From Chrysomallon squamiferum (Eukaryota; Animalia; Mollusca): DNA of 64,000 bases. Below the pieces are notes generated by a model, which was given only the letters and a program-made list of their open reading frames with translations, was not told where the DNA came from and searched no databases. How positions within the stretch are numbered: the first letter of the stretch is position 1; the number at the start of each line of letters is the position of its first letter. Position numbers and translations under genes: made by a program. Below, piece after piece: positions 1 to 17,755 of the stretch. The DNA is taken from NCBI GenBank assembly GCA_012295275.1, contig CM022674.1, positions 3,038,001 through 3,102,000 of the forward strand, in the 5' to 3' direction.

Positions 1-354
1 AACATAGGCTTTGGGGGTAAAAAACAAAAAAACAAAAAATAAAAAACAAAAAACAAAAAAACAACTATATATTTAATAACTAATCTTTCCGATATGTCGG
101 AAACTGCGCTTGTTCTGTTATTCGTCCCATTCAGTAAATGATATGTGTGTATGTGTGTGGCATTGGCAGAAAAATTAATATGTCTGCAAATGTGTTTGTA
201 ATAATATTGTAATAATAATGACAATAATAATCATAATAATGACTGAATTTTAAAGTAATATAAAAGAGTGGATTTTTGTAATCAATATTTTTCTAAGAAT
301 GTGACTGTCGTTGACGTTGTTGTTGTTTTTGTTATTTTTATTATGATGATTATG

Positions 355-402
<48 letters not shown>

Positions 403-716
403 TTATATTATTATTATTATTATTATTGAGTTTTGTAATCTTGTGTAATAATTATGTAGATATAAATAAGCAGAATGTAAAAAATATTATTACTCTTTGA
501 AAATATATATATATTATGATGAATAAATACATAAATATTTATCTTAGAAAAGGTTTGTGTTAGAAAAACATAAATATACTACTCTGGCAGAAAGAGCGAG
601 AAGAAGAGACAGTGACACAGAAAGAGAGGGACAGAGACAGAGAGAGACAGAAAGAGACACAAATGGAGAAATCGACACAGAGAACACAAAGAAGGAAGGG
701 AGAGCGAGACAGAGAG

Positions 717-935
<219 letters not shown>

Positions 936-1652
936 TGCTTTTTTTTTACTAATACATCAACTACATGTCGAGGTGTTTTCAAATAAATCGTTTTCCCTAC
1001 GATTAATACAATAATCGATCACTTTCTGACACGTTTCTCAAAATAATTCATTTTCTGTTTGAACTGGTCGAAAGGTTTATTATTTACTGGCGTTTTTACA
1101 AAATAAATCCTGCTCAATACACAATCAGTCATCGCAGCAGTATAATTCATGCAGGGGTGAAACATAAACCATTATAAACCGTTCACGATGAAGTTTCGAT
1201 TCCAGTGACTTCGTACAAATCCAGCCTTTTCTCTAAGATTTGTACACAAAAATCTATAGTATCTGTTGTTGTTCTTTTCAGTGTCAGTACATATACAAAA
1301 TACGCTATTAGATAAATGTACAGTATGTTTTTCTAATCTAAAAGATCCCTGAGAGTGATATAAAATAAGTATTTGATGTACAACACCTGATAACAGAAAT
1401 GTAATGAATAAACCCCCAAGGGTTATCGTTATTAAAATTGTGTTCGATATACAAAAGCGAATATTAGAAAATTAATCAATGTTTTGTTAGACTTATTCCT
1501 CTATAAAAAAATAATAATAATAAATAAATAAACTGCAAAGGAAATTAATTATTAATCACCAAAGGGTTTCTAATATTGGAATCTAGATTTGTAGTATTTT
1601 TATTTGAAGATGATTAGAATCCTGTAATTATACTGTTATAAGTGAAGTTATG

Positions 1653-1790
1653 GCTAGGGTTAGGGTTAGGGTTAGGGTTAGAGTTAGGGTTAGGGTTAGG
1701 GTTAGGGTTAGGGTTAGGGTTAGGGTTAGGGTTAGGGTTAGGGTTAGGGTATGGTTCAGGGTTAGGGTTAATGTTAGAATTAGGGTTAGA
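1653..1790 (+). repeat. Interstitial telomeric-type (TTAGGG)n tract
   Basis: Near-perfect TTAGGG run degenerating toward the 3' end. Confidence 0.9.
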
Positions 1791-1936
1791 TTAAATTATC
1801 TATTTACTTCAAGAGAGTTATTGGTAAAACTTGAAAGATCTTGTGATGAGTTTAGGATAATGTTTCAGATACGTTTGTTTTTGACAAAAACATTAATTTA
1901 ATACAGTTTATCAAATCATTGTTATAAGTAAAGTTA

Positions 1937-2065
1937 TGACTAGGGTTAGGGATAGTGTTAATGTTAGGTTCAGAGTTAAGAATAGCACTAGGGTTAAGTT
2001 TAGATTTAGGGTTAGTGTTAGAATTATGATTAGGATTTGGGTTAGGGTTAGGGTTAGGGTTAAGT
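1937..2065 (+). repeat. Second, more degenerate (TTAGGG)n tract
   Basis: Same flanks as the first tract: TGTTATAAGT.AAGTTATG.CTAGGG upstream and AATTATCTATTTAC downstream. Confidence 0.8.
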
Positions 2066-2257
2066 TTGGATTTAATTATCTATTTACCTATATATCAATA
2101 AACTATTGTAATCTTACAGTAACAAACAGATTATGAATATGGTTAATGACTTAGACAAGAAAGTGCATATCAAGATTAGGACCCTAGCTTGGTCTGTAAG
2201 TAACTAATTCAAACGTAAATTTAAAACAGAATCAAACTCTCTCTCACATACTCTCTC

Positions 2258-2399
<142 letters not shown>

Positions 2400-3514
2400 T
2401 CCCTCTTACTTCACTATTTCTCTACATCATAGCTTGGAAAATAATTCAATCAATCCGCAATTCTTTCATAGAAATGTGAGAGAAAGAAATCTTAGCTACT
2501 GGAAGAGTAACGAAACGGTAAGAGTTAACGAAATCCCCTCGAGAAAAAAAAAACAAAACCTGTATGAACGTACTTAGCGCCTCTGACAAGACAGTAATAA
2601 CAATAGGAATATCGGATTCCACTGGGAGACGCGGAACGGTTTCAACATGTTGGTTTAGTTAGTCCGTCTGGGTGAGAACTCTGGTGCGATGCGACGCATA
2701 AAGAACATTAAATCTAATGGCAGAAACAAAACAAAGCAAATTTCACGACAACCTTGAGATGAGGGGATGAAGGCTTTACGAGTAAACGAGATGCGTGTTT
2801 GTAACGAACGATCGGTGACGAAGAAACAAACTAGAGAACGTTTACTGCTGTTGAATCGTTATTGCATGTTAATTTTTTTTTTTTTTTTTTTTTTTTACGC
2901 AGAGAGAAATTGAAAGAGAAGAGATTAACGAAAATGTTAGTAAACTGACAACGTTACTGCTTAAACTTACGGGATTTTTTTTTTTTTTTATTTATTTTTA
3001 TTTTTTTTCTCTTTCATCAGCAATGGATTTTCAAAGATCAGATATTGGTATCACGATTTATTAATTAATTAATTCATTTATTGACAAACTAATGTCACTG
3101 CAGTCTAAGTTCACCAAAACAGGACATTTAGGTATGATGGGTGGATATTTGTGAATATTTTGAAATGAGAAATCGTAAATTTTTGCAAACAATTTCACCA
3201 GTGCACGTTATTTCCTAAACAGTACAATTTTATATCAATACTCTTATTATTTCGACAAAAAAAAAGAAGGAATTTTTCTGGACAATATATTTAATTATCA
3301 TTAATTTCAAACGACAGAAAAATCATAATAACTGACCAAGCAATGTTATCATTACGATCGATTTAAAGAGTTTGTTCTAAAAATAGACACATCCATTTCA
3401 GGATTCTGTGGAAAGGAACGAAAGAGTATTTTTAATTTTTTCAAAAAATTGTTTTTATTTATTTATTTAGTAATAATAATAATAATAATCATAATAATAA
3501 TAATAATAATAATA

Positions 3515-3560
<46 letters not shown>

Positions 3561-4494
3561 GATAAATAATATTAATCTTTTTATATTCCGGTCGATTCTG
3601 TAATAATCATTTTTATCAGTTTTGGGAGTTTTTTTGTTTTTCTTTCTTTCTTTTCTGGTTTTAGACTCAAAACATGAAATTAAAGTTCTGTGTAACTACG
3701 TGGTTCTTTTCCGTCAGATAACGACGATAACAACCCCTTCGTAGTTTTGGAACCAGAAATAACTCCGCTTCGGGGGTTTTATCAACTGTGGCTACAGCGT
3801 GTGTCTTCCAGATAATTTCTAATTCCTAAATAAATAAATATAATTTATATATATATATATATATATAAATTAATATACCAGACAATTTGTTAATGCATAC
3901 TGCCAACGTTAATCAATCGATTCGGTTACAGATTAAGCATTACATAAACTCATTTGCGGCCTTCCAACCTCACTTTTCGTTGATTTTTTCAATGATTTAA
4001 TTCTTCTTAAAAGCTGTTCATTCACTATTACACAAACCATTATTTATGTGTGTGTATATTTATCAGTAAAAAAAATAAAAAAATTAGTTTTTATTAGATT
4101 AATCGTCCATTTGAAGATCTCGCAATGATTCTTAAAATGGCGTCGTAAATGGTTTTTTTCTCAATGCAACCCACAACGGAGGAGAAATTAAATTGCAACC
4201 ACTGTTTTAGTTACGTAACAAATAAGTGTGTTATCTGACTGTTGTTCTGTGTTTTAGTGGTACAGTGGGTGAGATGAAAGTAGAAATGAGATGACCAGGA
4301 AGCGTGTCGAGTAAAATAAAAATAAAAAAATAAAAAACATGTAGTGATACCTAAATATGCGTCGAATGGCCGGGTTGTTCTGTTTTTTTCTCTTTTTATT
4401 TTGTTGCCTTTCAGCTTCATAACGAAAGTGAACAGTTCAAGAGATTAAAAAACGTTTGTAAACATACAGTTAATATTTTCTGCGTTTGTGTTTC

Positions 4495-4820
4495 TGTGTA
4501 TGTGTATGAATTGAGGAATGTACGTATGTGTGTATATAAGAATGTATATGTATGTGCATGTATGTATGTATGTTTTCATGTGTGTATGTATGTTTGTATG
4601 TATGTATGTTTGTATGTGTGTATGTATGTATGTATGTGTGTGTGTATGTGTGTATGTGTGTATGTATGTATGTATGTATATATGTATGTGTGTATGTGTG
4701 TATGTATGTGTGTATGTATGTATGTATGTATTATATATGTATGTTTGTATGTATGTATATATGTATGTGTGTATGTATGTTTGTATGTATGTTTGTATGT
4801 ATGTTTGTATGTGTGTGTCT
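4495..4820. repeat. (TGTA)n-rich compound microsatellite
   Basis: Direct reading. Confidence 0.9.
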
Positions 4821-4907
4821 GTGACGTCATCATCGTGGACACTATAAATCACATGACATCAACAAACAGAAATATGTCAGTCTACATACTTTACTATTTT
4901 GTTCTCA

Positions 4908-4950
<43 letters not shown>

Positions 4951-5395
4951 CCAACCAAACACACAAACAAACAAACAAATCAATAAAAATAAAATTACAT
5001 ATTTAAAATTGCAGTATCAGTTGAAAGTAGTACTGAATATCTTCAATCTATTTCTTCTTTATTTACATCTTTAACTTACTTCTTCTTATCTGAGACTTCA
5101 AAAGAAAATAAAAAAATCAAACCAGCCAATTTACTTTGATACGAAAATGTCGTAGCCTACCCATAAATACGCAGGGACAAGAATTAACCCTGTAGGGGTG
5201 GGGAAACTATTAATGTTATACAATCGCAGACACTACTGACCTATACCTTAACGCCTAGGAGGCTAAATTATTATTTATATTAGAAAACAGTGACATTTGA
5301 ATCTCTGATAGCTTTGGTTGAGTTTGCTGGTGACATATTTCAAAGGACCACGTAAAAGTCGAAATTGAAATAAAACATATAAAACGACAGCAATT

Positions 5396-5430
<35 letters not shown>

Positions 5431-6406
5431 CCTAAAGGTTTCGGATCTAAAATAAAGTTTTTTAAATGACAGGAATTAAGTATTTTATTTTATTTGATTT
5501 TATTTTTTGTTGTTAAAGATTTCCGATTTTATTTTGATCTCAGTGAAAACAGAGACGTAAATTTGAGCATTATAAACGAATTATTGTCGTGAACTTTGCA
5601 AAATGTTTAGTTAGTCTTAATTTATTTATTTTTTATTATTTTCGTTTTTTAATTATTATTTGTTTTTCGTTCTTTTTTTATTTTTTCTTCTGATGGTTTT
5701 CTCTTCTTTTTTTTTATTTCTTTGTTTTTCTATTCTTTCTTAAATCCATTCTTTTTTGCTCATTTTTAATGGTTGATTTTTTATTTGATCGATTTTTTCC
5801 TTTTTATTTTCCAATTATTTTTTTTCCTTCTTTCTTTCTCTCTTCCGTGCTTTCTTTTTCTTCTTTTTTATATTTATCCTTTCGAACCTTCAGTCAATCT
5901 TTCACTCTTTCGTCTCCTGTCTATCTTTCTATCTTTTCTTTTTCTTTGTTTATTTAAAAAATAAGAACATCAAAAATATATAAAAAATCTCAATGACATT
6001 TTTATTAGAATAATCATATATTATGTTGTTTTGTGGGAGCTAGACTCAGTCATTGCAGGATTTGCCTGAAGTGAACATTAATTTACGAAAGTTCGACTGG
6101 ACGTAATGATATAAAAATGTTATTATGTGTAAAATGTATAAATGGATCTAATGAAATGATATATATATATATATATGTGCCTTGAACGCCGTACAAAAAT
6201 CTACAGCAGCAACAGCAACAACAACAACAATAATAATGATGATGATGATGATGACATTAATAATAATAATGTTGATGATAATAATAATAGTAGTAGTAAT
6301 TATAACAATAATAATAATAATAACAATAATAATAATAATAGTACTGCTAGTAGTAGTAGTATAGTAGTGGTAGTTATATATTAGTGGTAGTGGTAGTAGT
6401 AATAGC

Positions 6407-6443
<37 letters not shown>

Positions 6444-7446
6444 ATTGTAGTAGTAGTATAGTAGTGGTGGTAGTAATAGTAGTAGTTGTTGTAGCATTAG
6501 TAATAGTGGTACTAAAACATGGAATGTGCAGAGCTCTATATCAAATTAATAATAATTAAAACAAATAATTAAATAAATAAATAAATAAATAATTAAATAA
6601 ATAATTAAATAAATAAATAATTAAATAAATAAATAAATAAAATAAATAAAGAAATAATTAAATAAAGAAATAAATAAAGAAAAGAAAAGAAAATAAAAGA
6701 AAGGAAAAGAAAAAAAAAGAAAGAAAGAAAGAAACGTTAATAAATTTGAACATCCAAACGAATCAAATTTCGTGTCACAGATCGCGTTGAAGAGTCATAA
6801 ATATTTGTTATTACATCGATAAAATGTAGGGAGTTATATAATTTAGTTATTCAAGCTGTGATTTTAATGGAAAATTGTTGAAATATTGTTTGTTTTTTTT
6901 CCTTTTCCTTTTCCTAACCCGCCAAGTTGCCAAGAAATTCGAATTGCAATTGCTTTTTGATTACTTCTTTGAAAAAACAAATTCAATTGAATTCAACAAT
7001 AAAAAACGAATTTTGTTTTAAAAGTAACAACATTGCTACAGTATTATTGTCGTTGTTAATATGTCGTTTAGAGCAGAACAAGGGAAAACTGTCACGACAT
7101 GAAAAGATTTTTTTTTTTTTCTGAAGCAAGCATTAAATATAATATTGTATTGTCTTAACGTTTTTTGATCTGCCATTGCAGTTTTTTTTATATGTGGTCG
7201 TTTAAAGAAATTACCACTGCGTTACTGAATGAAATCCAGATAAATAGGTAACAGTTATTCCAGAATAAACGTGATAATTAAACAGTTAGACCAAAGGAGA
7301 TAAAAAAAAAAGAAGTTAGATCACTATTTGATTACCAGTTCAGAGGCAATTTAAACTGATGATAAAAACAGTTTAACTGTCAGCGGTTTTAGTACGACTA
7401 TAAAAAACTGTTAAATTGTCTGAGAATTCTACCTGGAGATGCTTGT

Positions 7447-7505
<59 letters not shown>

Positions 7506-7866
7506 TGTTTATGTCTGTGTGTCTGTGTGTGTGTGTATGTCTGTGTGTGTCTGTGTGTGTCTGTGTGTGTTTCTGTGTGTGATTGTCTGTGACTTTGTGT
7601 TTTTATGAATGTGTGTCTGTGTGTTTGTCTGTGTGTTACTCTACGTGTGTCTGTGTGTTTTAACTTAACCTGTTTAATGAGTGTTCCTCGTTTTTCGTCC
7701 AACTTCTACATTAATATCACTATCTGTCTGTTTGTCTCTCTGTAAACCTGTCTGTTTGTCTCTCTGTAAACCTGTCTGTCAGTATATCTGTCTCTCAGTC
7801 TGACTGTTTGTCTGTCTGTCTATCATTTATCTGTATATCTATCTCTTTACCTATCTCTCTCTCTGT

Positions 7867-7958
<92 letters not shown>

Positions 7959-9602
7959 CAGTCTCTCTCTATATATACATTTCTACTTCTCTCTCTCTCC
8001 TTCGATTTCTCTCTCTATCAATCCACCTATATATTTAATCAAATGTTTAATAAATCGGTCCTGTGACTTGCTTCAAACACCAAGTTCACCGACTTGCTGA
8101 TAACCTAATAACTATCAGGCTTAACCACTCCGAGCTAAACTCAGAGAAAACGGGTTTCTAAATTGCATGCCTTGGGCAGCAAGGAAATGACATGGTTACG
8201 GGACTCTTTTTATTTTCTTCTTTTTCCTTTTCCAGATTGTTTTCCAGAAAAAAAGAGGAAGCTGCTAAGTGAAGAGACGAAATGAACGTTTCATATAAGA
8301 AAGGCAGTTTCATTAAATTTCAAATAGCATTAAATAACAGTCGTTAAAGATTGATAGTTTTAGCGAAGAAAACAGCAGGGTTTTTTTTTTTGTAATTTTG
8401 TTATTGTTGTTGTTGTTTTAGAAGTAGTTGTTGTAGTATTAAGTTTTGTTGTTGTTGGCGGTGTTGTCGTGGTAGAAATATTAATTAAAGTGGTAATAAA
8501 ACTATGCTGCTGCCCTGCTTATTAACAATACAACTACTGTTACTATTTCTATTACTACCAATATAATACTAATAGTATTAATGTAAAATTTACAGTCACT
8601 TTATTATTAGTAGTAATAGAAGTGATATTATTATTAGTGGTAGGAACGGTGGTATTATTAATATTACTATTATTATTATTTTCATTATTATTATGATTAT
8701 TATTATTATTATTATTATTATTAATTTTATTATTGGTACTATTATTATAATTAATGGTAGGAGTAGTAGTAGCAGCAGCAGTAGTAGTAGTTGTAGTACT
8801 AGTATAATAATGTAGCAACATTAGTATAGAAGATAGTTGAGCAATGGTAGTGATGGTATTAGTAGTAGTAATAGTAGTAATAGTGGTAGTAGTTGGAGCA
8901 GTAGCTGTGAGTGTGTTATTGCAGTAGTACTGGTAGTAGTAGTAGCTGTAGCTGTGCATGCTGTTGTTGCAACAGTAGCTGGAGTATTAGCGAAAATAAC
9001 AAGTCAAGCGAATGACACAAAACTTTGATATATTTCTTTTTTTAATGATGAACAATAGATTAATGATTATGATGATAATGATAATGATGATGATGATTAG
9101 AAAAAATGAAGACTAATACTTTGATGATTAAGGCCAACATTATAATGATATTGATGATGATGAAAATATTATAATGGCGATGATGATGTGTTGGTGATAC
9201 AAACTAACGATGATTTAAAATAACGGTGACGATGATGTATGTCAAAATAATGGTGATAATGTATATGACAATGAAGACGCAGTACCGTTATCATCGCCGT
9301 CATCATCATCATCATCAGAATGTATCCAGTGAAAAGTATTATAGTTTACAAATATGACTCATTTATACGATAGACAACAGGAAGCAAACTTGGAAATTAA
9401 TTTTAAAATAAACGTTAACTTTAAAAAAAAAAAGGTTAAGCATGTCGAACACAAGATATTTCTTATCTTCATATGGGGTCTAGGTCTGACAACGTAAAAC
9501 TAAAAATTATCTCAAAACTTAATAAAAAAAAAAAAAAATCAAACCCACGATAAGTGTTATCTTAAGTAGGTCAACTGCCTCGATCTGATTAGCTTCATTT
9601 TG

Positions 9603-9639
<37 letters not shown>

Positions 9640-10225
9640 ACATAACAACCAATGGGAATCGATTTTGTGTAAGTCCATCGGCACCTTTCGCTTCGTTGTC
9701 TTTTCTGAAAGTACGAAACGGGGCAAATCTAACTAGTTTCGTTTAGATAATTGACTCTCCGCAATACTCTGAGATCCTCTTTAGGTGGGAGGTGCTTCGC
9801 GTAAAACTAGCACATATCCCTTACTAATTGCACCGCTATTCAATTACACGAGTTAAACTTCCAGCTTCAGCCTTCATATGAAACGATCTGTGTTTGAGTT
9901 GTCTTGCTTTAGCTAGTTTTAAAGGTCGTTCCAAACAGGCGGAACGTCTATACGATTTTGAAGTCCAAAAGGGGCTTAGTCATCTGTTGAAGATCTAATC
10001 GAGAAGTTTGGATTTTTTTTTTTGCTTTTGCTTTGTCACGGGCGAGAAGAAAATGAGGCGGACGTAAAGTCATGATAAATAATAGTTGTGGAAACATAAT
10101 TAGCGGACCGGCAGGATGATTCGATTTTGGTGAAAAGTTCAGACGATCGCGGAAAGAAATCGTGGTCACTTCGTTAACGATTGATTAGCTCCAGTATTAA
10201 CAATTTACAATCAGCACACACACGC

Positions 10226-10257
<32 letters not shown>

Positions 10258-10269
10258 TCTCTCTCTCTG

Positions 10270-10303
<34 letters not shown>

Positions 10304-10305
10304 TA

Positions 10306-10413
<108 letters not shown>

Positions 10414-10422
10414 ACACATACA

Positions 10423-10457
<35 letters not shown>

Positions 10458-11042
10458 ACACACACACATACATACATACATAGATACATACATACAAACA
10501 TGCATACACACATACATGCATACATACAAACATACATAAATACTTACATACATACATGCATACAAACACGCACACATTTCATAGAATCATGCTTTCAAAA
10601 CAATGACCACACAAAAGTGATCAGTGAATGTTAAATCTTTCATGTATGTGTGTGTTTTGGTGGTGGCGGTATTGCTTACAACAACTGATTAACTTTGTCA
10701 CTGAAGTTAAAGTATTATGTCCTTCATCCAAAGAGTGTAGGACGGTGATATGCTTGACATTCTGAACGTCAGAGTAAATTAATCTGTAGATTTGCTCTGT
10801 CCTGTGTAAGCTGAGAATTGTTAACGTTGGTCTTACGACACAAAACTTACGAACTCAAATATGATCAGGTATGCAATCTGGATTCTGAAACTATGACAAA
10901 TAAAATCAAACAGAAGGTATGATAAGAACTTTAAAAAATAAAAAAAATAAAAGAGACAAAGAGAAAAAGATATTGGGAGGAGGAAAAGAGAGGAGATGAG
11001 AGAGAGAAAATTAATGTATTTATTATATTTATCTCTGTCTCT

Positions 11043-11368
11043 ATGTATGTATCCATGTATGTATGTATGTATGTATGTATGTATGTATGTATGTATGTAT
11101 GTATGTATGTATGTATGTATGTATGTATGTATGTATGTATGTATGTATGTATGTATATGTAGTTTAGGACTTTGAATACTCTGTGACTTATGTACGTCTG
11201 AACAAACTCTGCTCATAGACAATATTCTGGAACGCACTGGCGCAGGAGGACAAAGTTCAATCACGACTTCACAAACCCGTCAGATGCCACTGACGAGACT
11301 CGAACGTATGACACCCATTCGCCCGCACTCCGAGGTCGGACGATGTAACAATTATGTCAAGAGACAAC
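11043..11368 (-). mobile_element. tRNA-derived SINE, near full length, with (CATA)n tail
   Basis: On the minus strand: degenerate A box, B box GTTCGAGTC (11305-11297), about 130-nt body and simple-repeat tail; second copy at 12773. Confidence 0.65.
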
Positions 11369-11870
11369 CCCATGTAAGTATGTATGTATGTATGTGTGTA
11401 TGTATGTATGTATGTATGTATGTATGTATGTATGTATGTATGTATGTATGTATGTATGTATGTATGTATGTATGTATGTATGTATGTATGTATGTATGTA
11501 TGTATGTATGTATGTATGTGTCTCCGAGTGTGTATGGGCGTATAGGAGGAGATTAACGATAGAAACAGGAAAGATACGAGTCTGACAGCAACTCGAAAGA
11601 AACACATACAATCTGAAAGAAAATGCGACAGACAGACAAACAGATAATCAGACAATTAAACCGATAATATTTTGACAGAAATACATTGATGAGATACAGA
11701 TACGAAGTATGGAGACAGACTGGAGCAGATAAATATATATGTGTACGTGTGCGTAGGCATATATATATATATATATATATACACACAACACAAACACACA
11801 CACACAAACACATATATATATATACATACATACATAGACTACGAAATATGGGGCAAACTGGAACAGACAA

Positions 11871-11964
<94 letters not shown>

Positions 11965-12772
11965 TTGTTTTTTCCACAGCAGTCACAGTTCGGATGTACC
12001 GTTAAGAACGTCAGTAACTGAATCTATGCAAACCCGTCATCTAGATACCCACGTTATTATTATCATTATTTTTTTTAATTACAGTAAAATCACGATAAAC
12101 GCAGACCACGAGAAAACAAACGTGTCAGTTTATCACTTAATGTCTCCGACAAAAAAAAAAAAAGTAAAAAAAACACGTTTACTCGTAAAACGTGACTCCC
12201 ATATACTTTTTTTTTTTTCTTCTCATCCTTATCAAACAATCACGGGAGAACAGGTGGGCTAAATGCATCACAACAAGACTGTAACATCCCTCTTCACGCG
12301 ATCCGAGAGTGTATCGTATCGATTAGCACTTTAACACCCAGAAGAGATACAGGCCGATTTATCGAATAATCGATACGATCTCTTTTGTTTGTGTCGGGGA
12401 GAGCGAATCGAAAAAGTAGAAAGCTGTGAGGCGTCGGAAATACGAGATTTTTCAGATTAAAAGAAGATACGAGCCTGATTAATTTGGACAAACAGGCTTG
12501 TCCGGATTAATTAGGTTATGTCCACACGGAGCTTTTGTCATGAATGGATCAAAGATACGAATAAAGGGTGATAATACTAGACAAAACTAATAATTTTTGT
12601 AAAAAATAACAGTAATGGCTGAACAATAGAAATAATCTGTAGTTGAAAAAAAAAAAAAAAAAAAAAAAAAAGATTAAATAAATAAATAAACAAATGAAAG
12701 TAATGAACATATATGACATCCATACACAATAACCAAATACAAATATGTACATACATCTGTTGGTGCATTTTT

Positions 12773-12907
12773 GAGTCTCGACGGGTTTGTGAGGTCGTGT
12801 TGGACTTTGTCCTCCTGCGCCAGTGCGTTCACGAATATTGTCTACGTGCAGAGTCTAATCAGACGTACACGAGACAGAGAGAATATTCATAACTAAAACA
12901 CACACAA
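12773..12907 (+). mobile_element. 5'-truncated copy of the same SINE, inverted relative to the first
   Basis: GACGGGTTTGTGAGGTCGTG...ACTTTGTCCTCCTGCGCCAGTGCGTTC...GAATATTGTCTA...CAGACGTACA closely matches the reverse complement of about 11173-11282. Confidence 0.7.
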
Positions 12908-13040
12908 CCAGTGGCCCGGTTTCGTTCAAAGTGAAAAATGCACGCAAGACTGACGAAAGACAAAGAAAGGCGTCGTTCCTAGAAAGTGATGATTACCCTC
13001 GATTATTCAGCAGCTTTTTAAAGGTTATCTTGGTTCTCAT

Positions 13041-13086
<46 letters not shown>

Positions 13087-14237
13087 AACACACACACACA
13101 CACACACACATACACAAACACACACATACACACACACACACAAACAAACAGACACATAATAATGCTTACGTTCGTACATTTGTATATATACACACATAAT
13201 TATAGACATAATATACATATCTTGATGCACATATTCTCATATTGTGATCTTCGTTATAACATGGGAAAACGATGAGTGTAACAGCAGTCAATGAAGGTAC
13301 TCGAGAACTAAATCTTTTTTTTTTTTTTTTTTTTTTTTTCATTTTATTTCTGATACCTTAATCTCGGTCAAACCTTAAGGCAGTGAACCTTAATGGACGT
13401 GAGAATATGGGTCGAGTTAAGTCGTGATGGTTAATTATGGGTCAAGCCTTGATAATTGTCAAACAGCCTGCTAATATGTAAAATATGTCACAGCTCGTTA
13501 CAAATAATCCAATACCTCGCGTGTAGTTCTTCCATTTAGCAACGAAAAACGTCGACGAAATTCAATATACGACCTCTTTGCTTCTCTCCGTTACTTTGGT
13601 TTTTATTGGTTGACGTTTGTTTTGTGAGAAAATTCTAACGAAATTGTCGAGAAAAAAAAAAAAAAAAAAGATACTGAAGATAAACAGAAGAGAGAGAAAG
13701 GGGAAAAAAAAGAACAAAGAATGAAAAAGAAAATGATCGAAAAAGAAGGATAGAAATAATCAAGAAAATAAAAAAATTAAAGAATGGAAAGATAGAAAAA
13801 AGAAAAAGAAAAAAAGAATGTTAAAAAGAGAGGAAAAACAGAATTCTGTGGAAAATATTGAAAGAAAGAAAAATTAGGACATTTGTCCATTGATATAACT
13901 AATTTTATTATTACTATTACTATTATTATGATTATGATTATGATTATGATTATGATTATGATTATTATTATTATTATTATTAATGTTGTTGCTTATAATA
14001 TAATGCATGAATCAGATATATATGATAGATGTCAGGTAAAGCGTACAAAGAATAAAATAAAATGATTTGGTGCATTATTAACTTTATTATAAATAAAGAT
14101 TTGTTTTCAGTAGTAATGACTCAGACACTTACAAACATATAAAATTGATACTGGTTACATGATTTTAAAATATATATACGGTTTTAAAATATATATTTAT
14201 TACTATTAATAGAAAGCACATAATAATTAGCCAAAAA

Positions 14238-14268
<31 letters not shown>

Positions 14269-14333
14269 CATACATAAGTATTTTTAAGAAATGTCTAAAA
14301 ACACAATAAAGGAAAAAAAGAAATGCATTAATG

Positions 14334-14391
<58 letters not shown>

Positions 14392-14844
14392 CAACAACAA
14401 ATAAATAAATAAATACTAAACTATTTTAAACTAAGGATTACAAATAGGAAAACTGTTTTTCCACAAAAATTAAAGCGTAGCAAGAAAGATAACTCTTGTT
14501 CCATTTAATCTTAACCATGTTATCGTCTCCTTCATTTGAAATGTTCCAAGAGGATTTCTATTAACAGTTTTTAATATTATTGTTAAAACAACCCCTCAAA
14601 ACAATTTAATAAATAAATAAATAAATAAATAAAATAATAATAATAATATCTATAATTAATTAATTAATAAAACAATGAATATGCCAGATAGCTTTATCCA
14701 GTGTTAATCATTGTTCTAATAATAATAATAACAATAACAGTACAATACGCCAGTTACTTTAAACAAAGACAGCCACACATATGCGTTTGTGTCTTAAACA
14801 GGTCTCAAAGTATTACCGTTCTGTTGCCGAGCCAAAGTGATAAA

Positions 14845-16665
<1,821 letters not shown>

Positions 16666-16754
16666 TTCTGTAACATAAAACAGACTGAGCATAATGAAGG
16701 ACAAACTGTATTGTCCTCGTCTTCTTTGTCATTTATTGTAGTTATTTAATAAAC

Positions 16755-16793
<39 letters not shown>

Positions 16794-16800
16794 ATGTTTG

Positions 16801-16837
<37 letters not shown>

Positions 16838-16957
16838 CATAATATAATTATGTTTCTTGTTGTTGTTACTACTACTAATAAAAATAGTGATAATTATAAT
16901 AATAATATTACCGTTGCTGCTGTAACTACTACTACTTCTACTATCAGATCTATTTAC

Positions 16958-16990
<33 letters not shown>

Positions 16991-17713
16991 CATCATCATC
17001 ATCATCATCATCATCGTTATAATCATCAACATCATCATCCTTAGCATTATAAGTTATAGTTTAAATTTAGGTATTAAGCATATTTCACAGCATATTTTTT
17101 TTATCATAATGCTAAGCTAGTGATAAGTTTAAAACTATCTGAACTGTTTTACAAAAAGTCACGAACTTCCTGATTTAATCCTGACATATCTCGCTGAGCA
17201 AGTCGGGAATTCGCAAATCAAATACGTCAGTGTTCTTATGTAATGAACGACATGATATTTTTATTAATACTATAAAATAATTTATTTAATACATTTAATA
17301 CGGTATGAACTTTCTTTCTCATGAAGATACCAACATGCAAACACACAATTTATACGTATACCGATGGATACATACACATACACACCTACACACCTATGCA
17401 CACGTACGCAGACAAACATAAAAACACAAACACACAGACACATAAACATACACACATACACACACACATACACAGACAGCCACATAAACACACAAACATA
17501 GAGCAACATAAATACACGCGTACACACACACACACCTGCTCTTTTGAACAGATATGCATTCATGTACACATTTATACTTGCACACTTATACACAGTCACA
17601 CAAACAGCATAGACAATCATTATTTTGTTATAATATTTCCACTGTAATAAAAAAAACATAAATTTTCTTTTCACATTAATCATAGTGAAGGAATTTTTGT
17701 TGTTTCTTTATTA

Positions 17714-17755
<42 letters not shown>

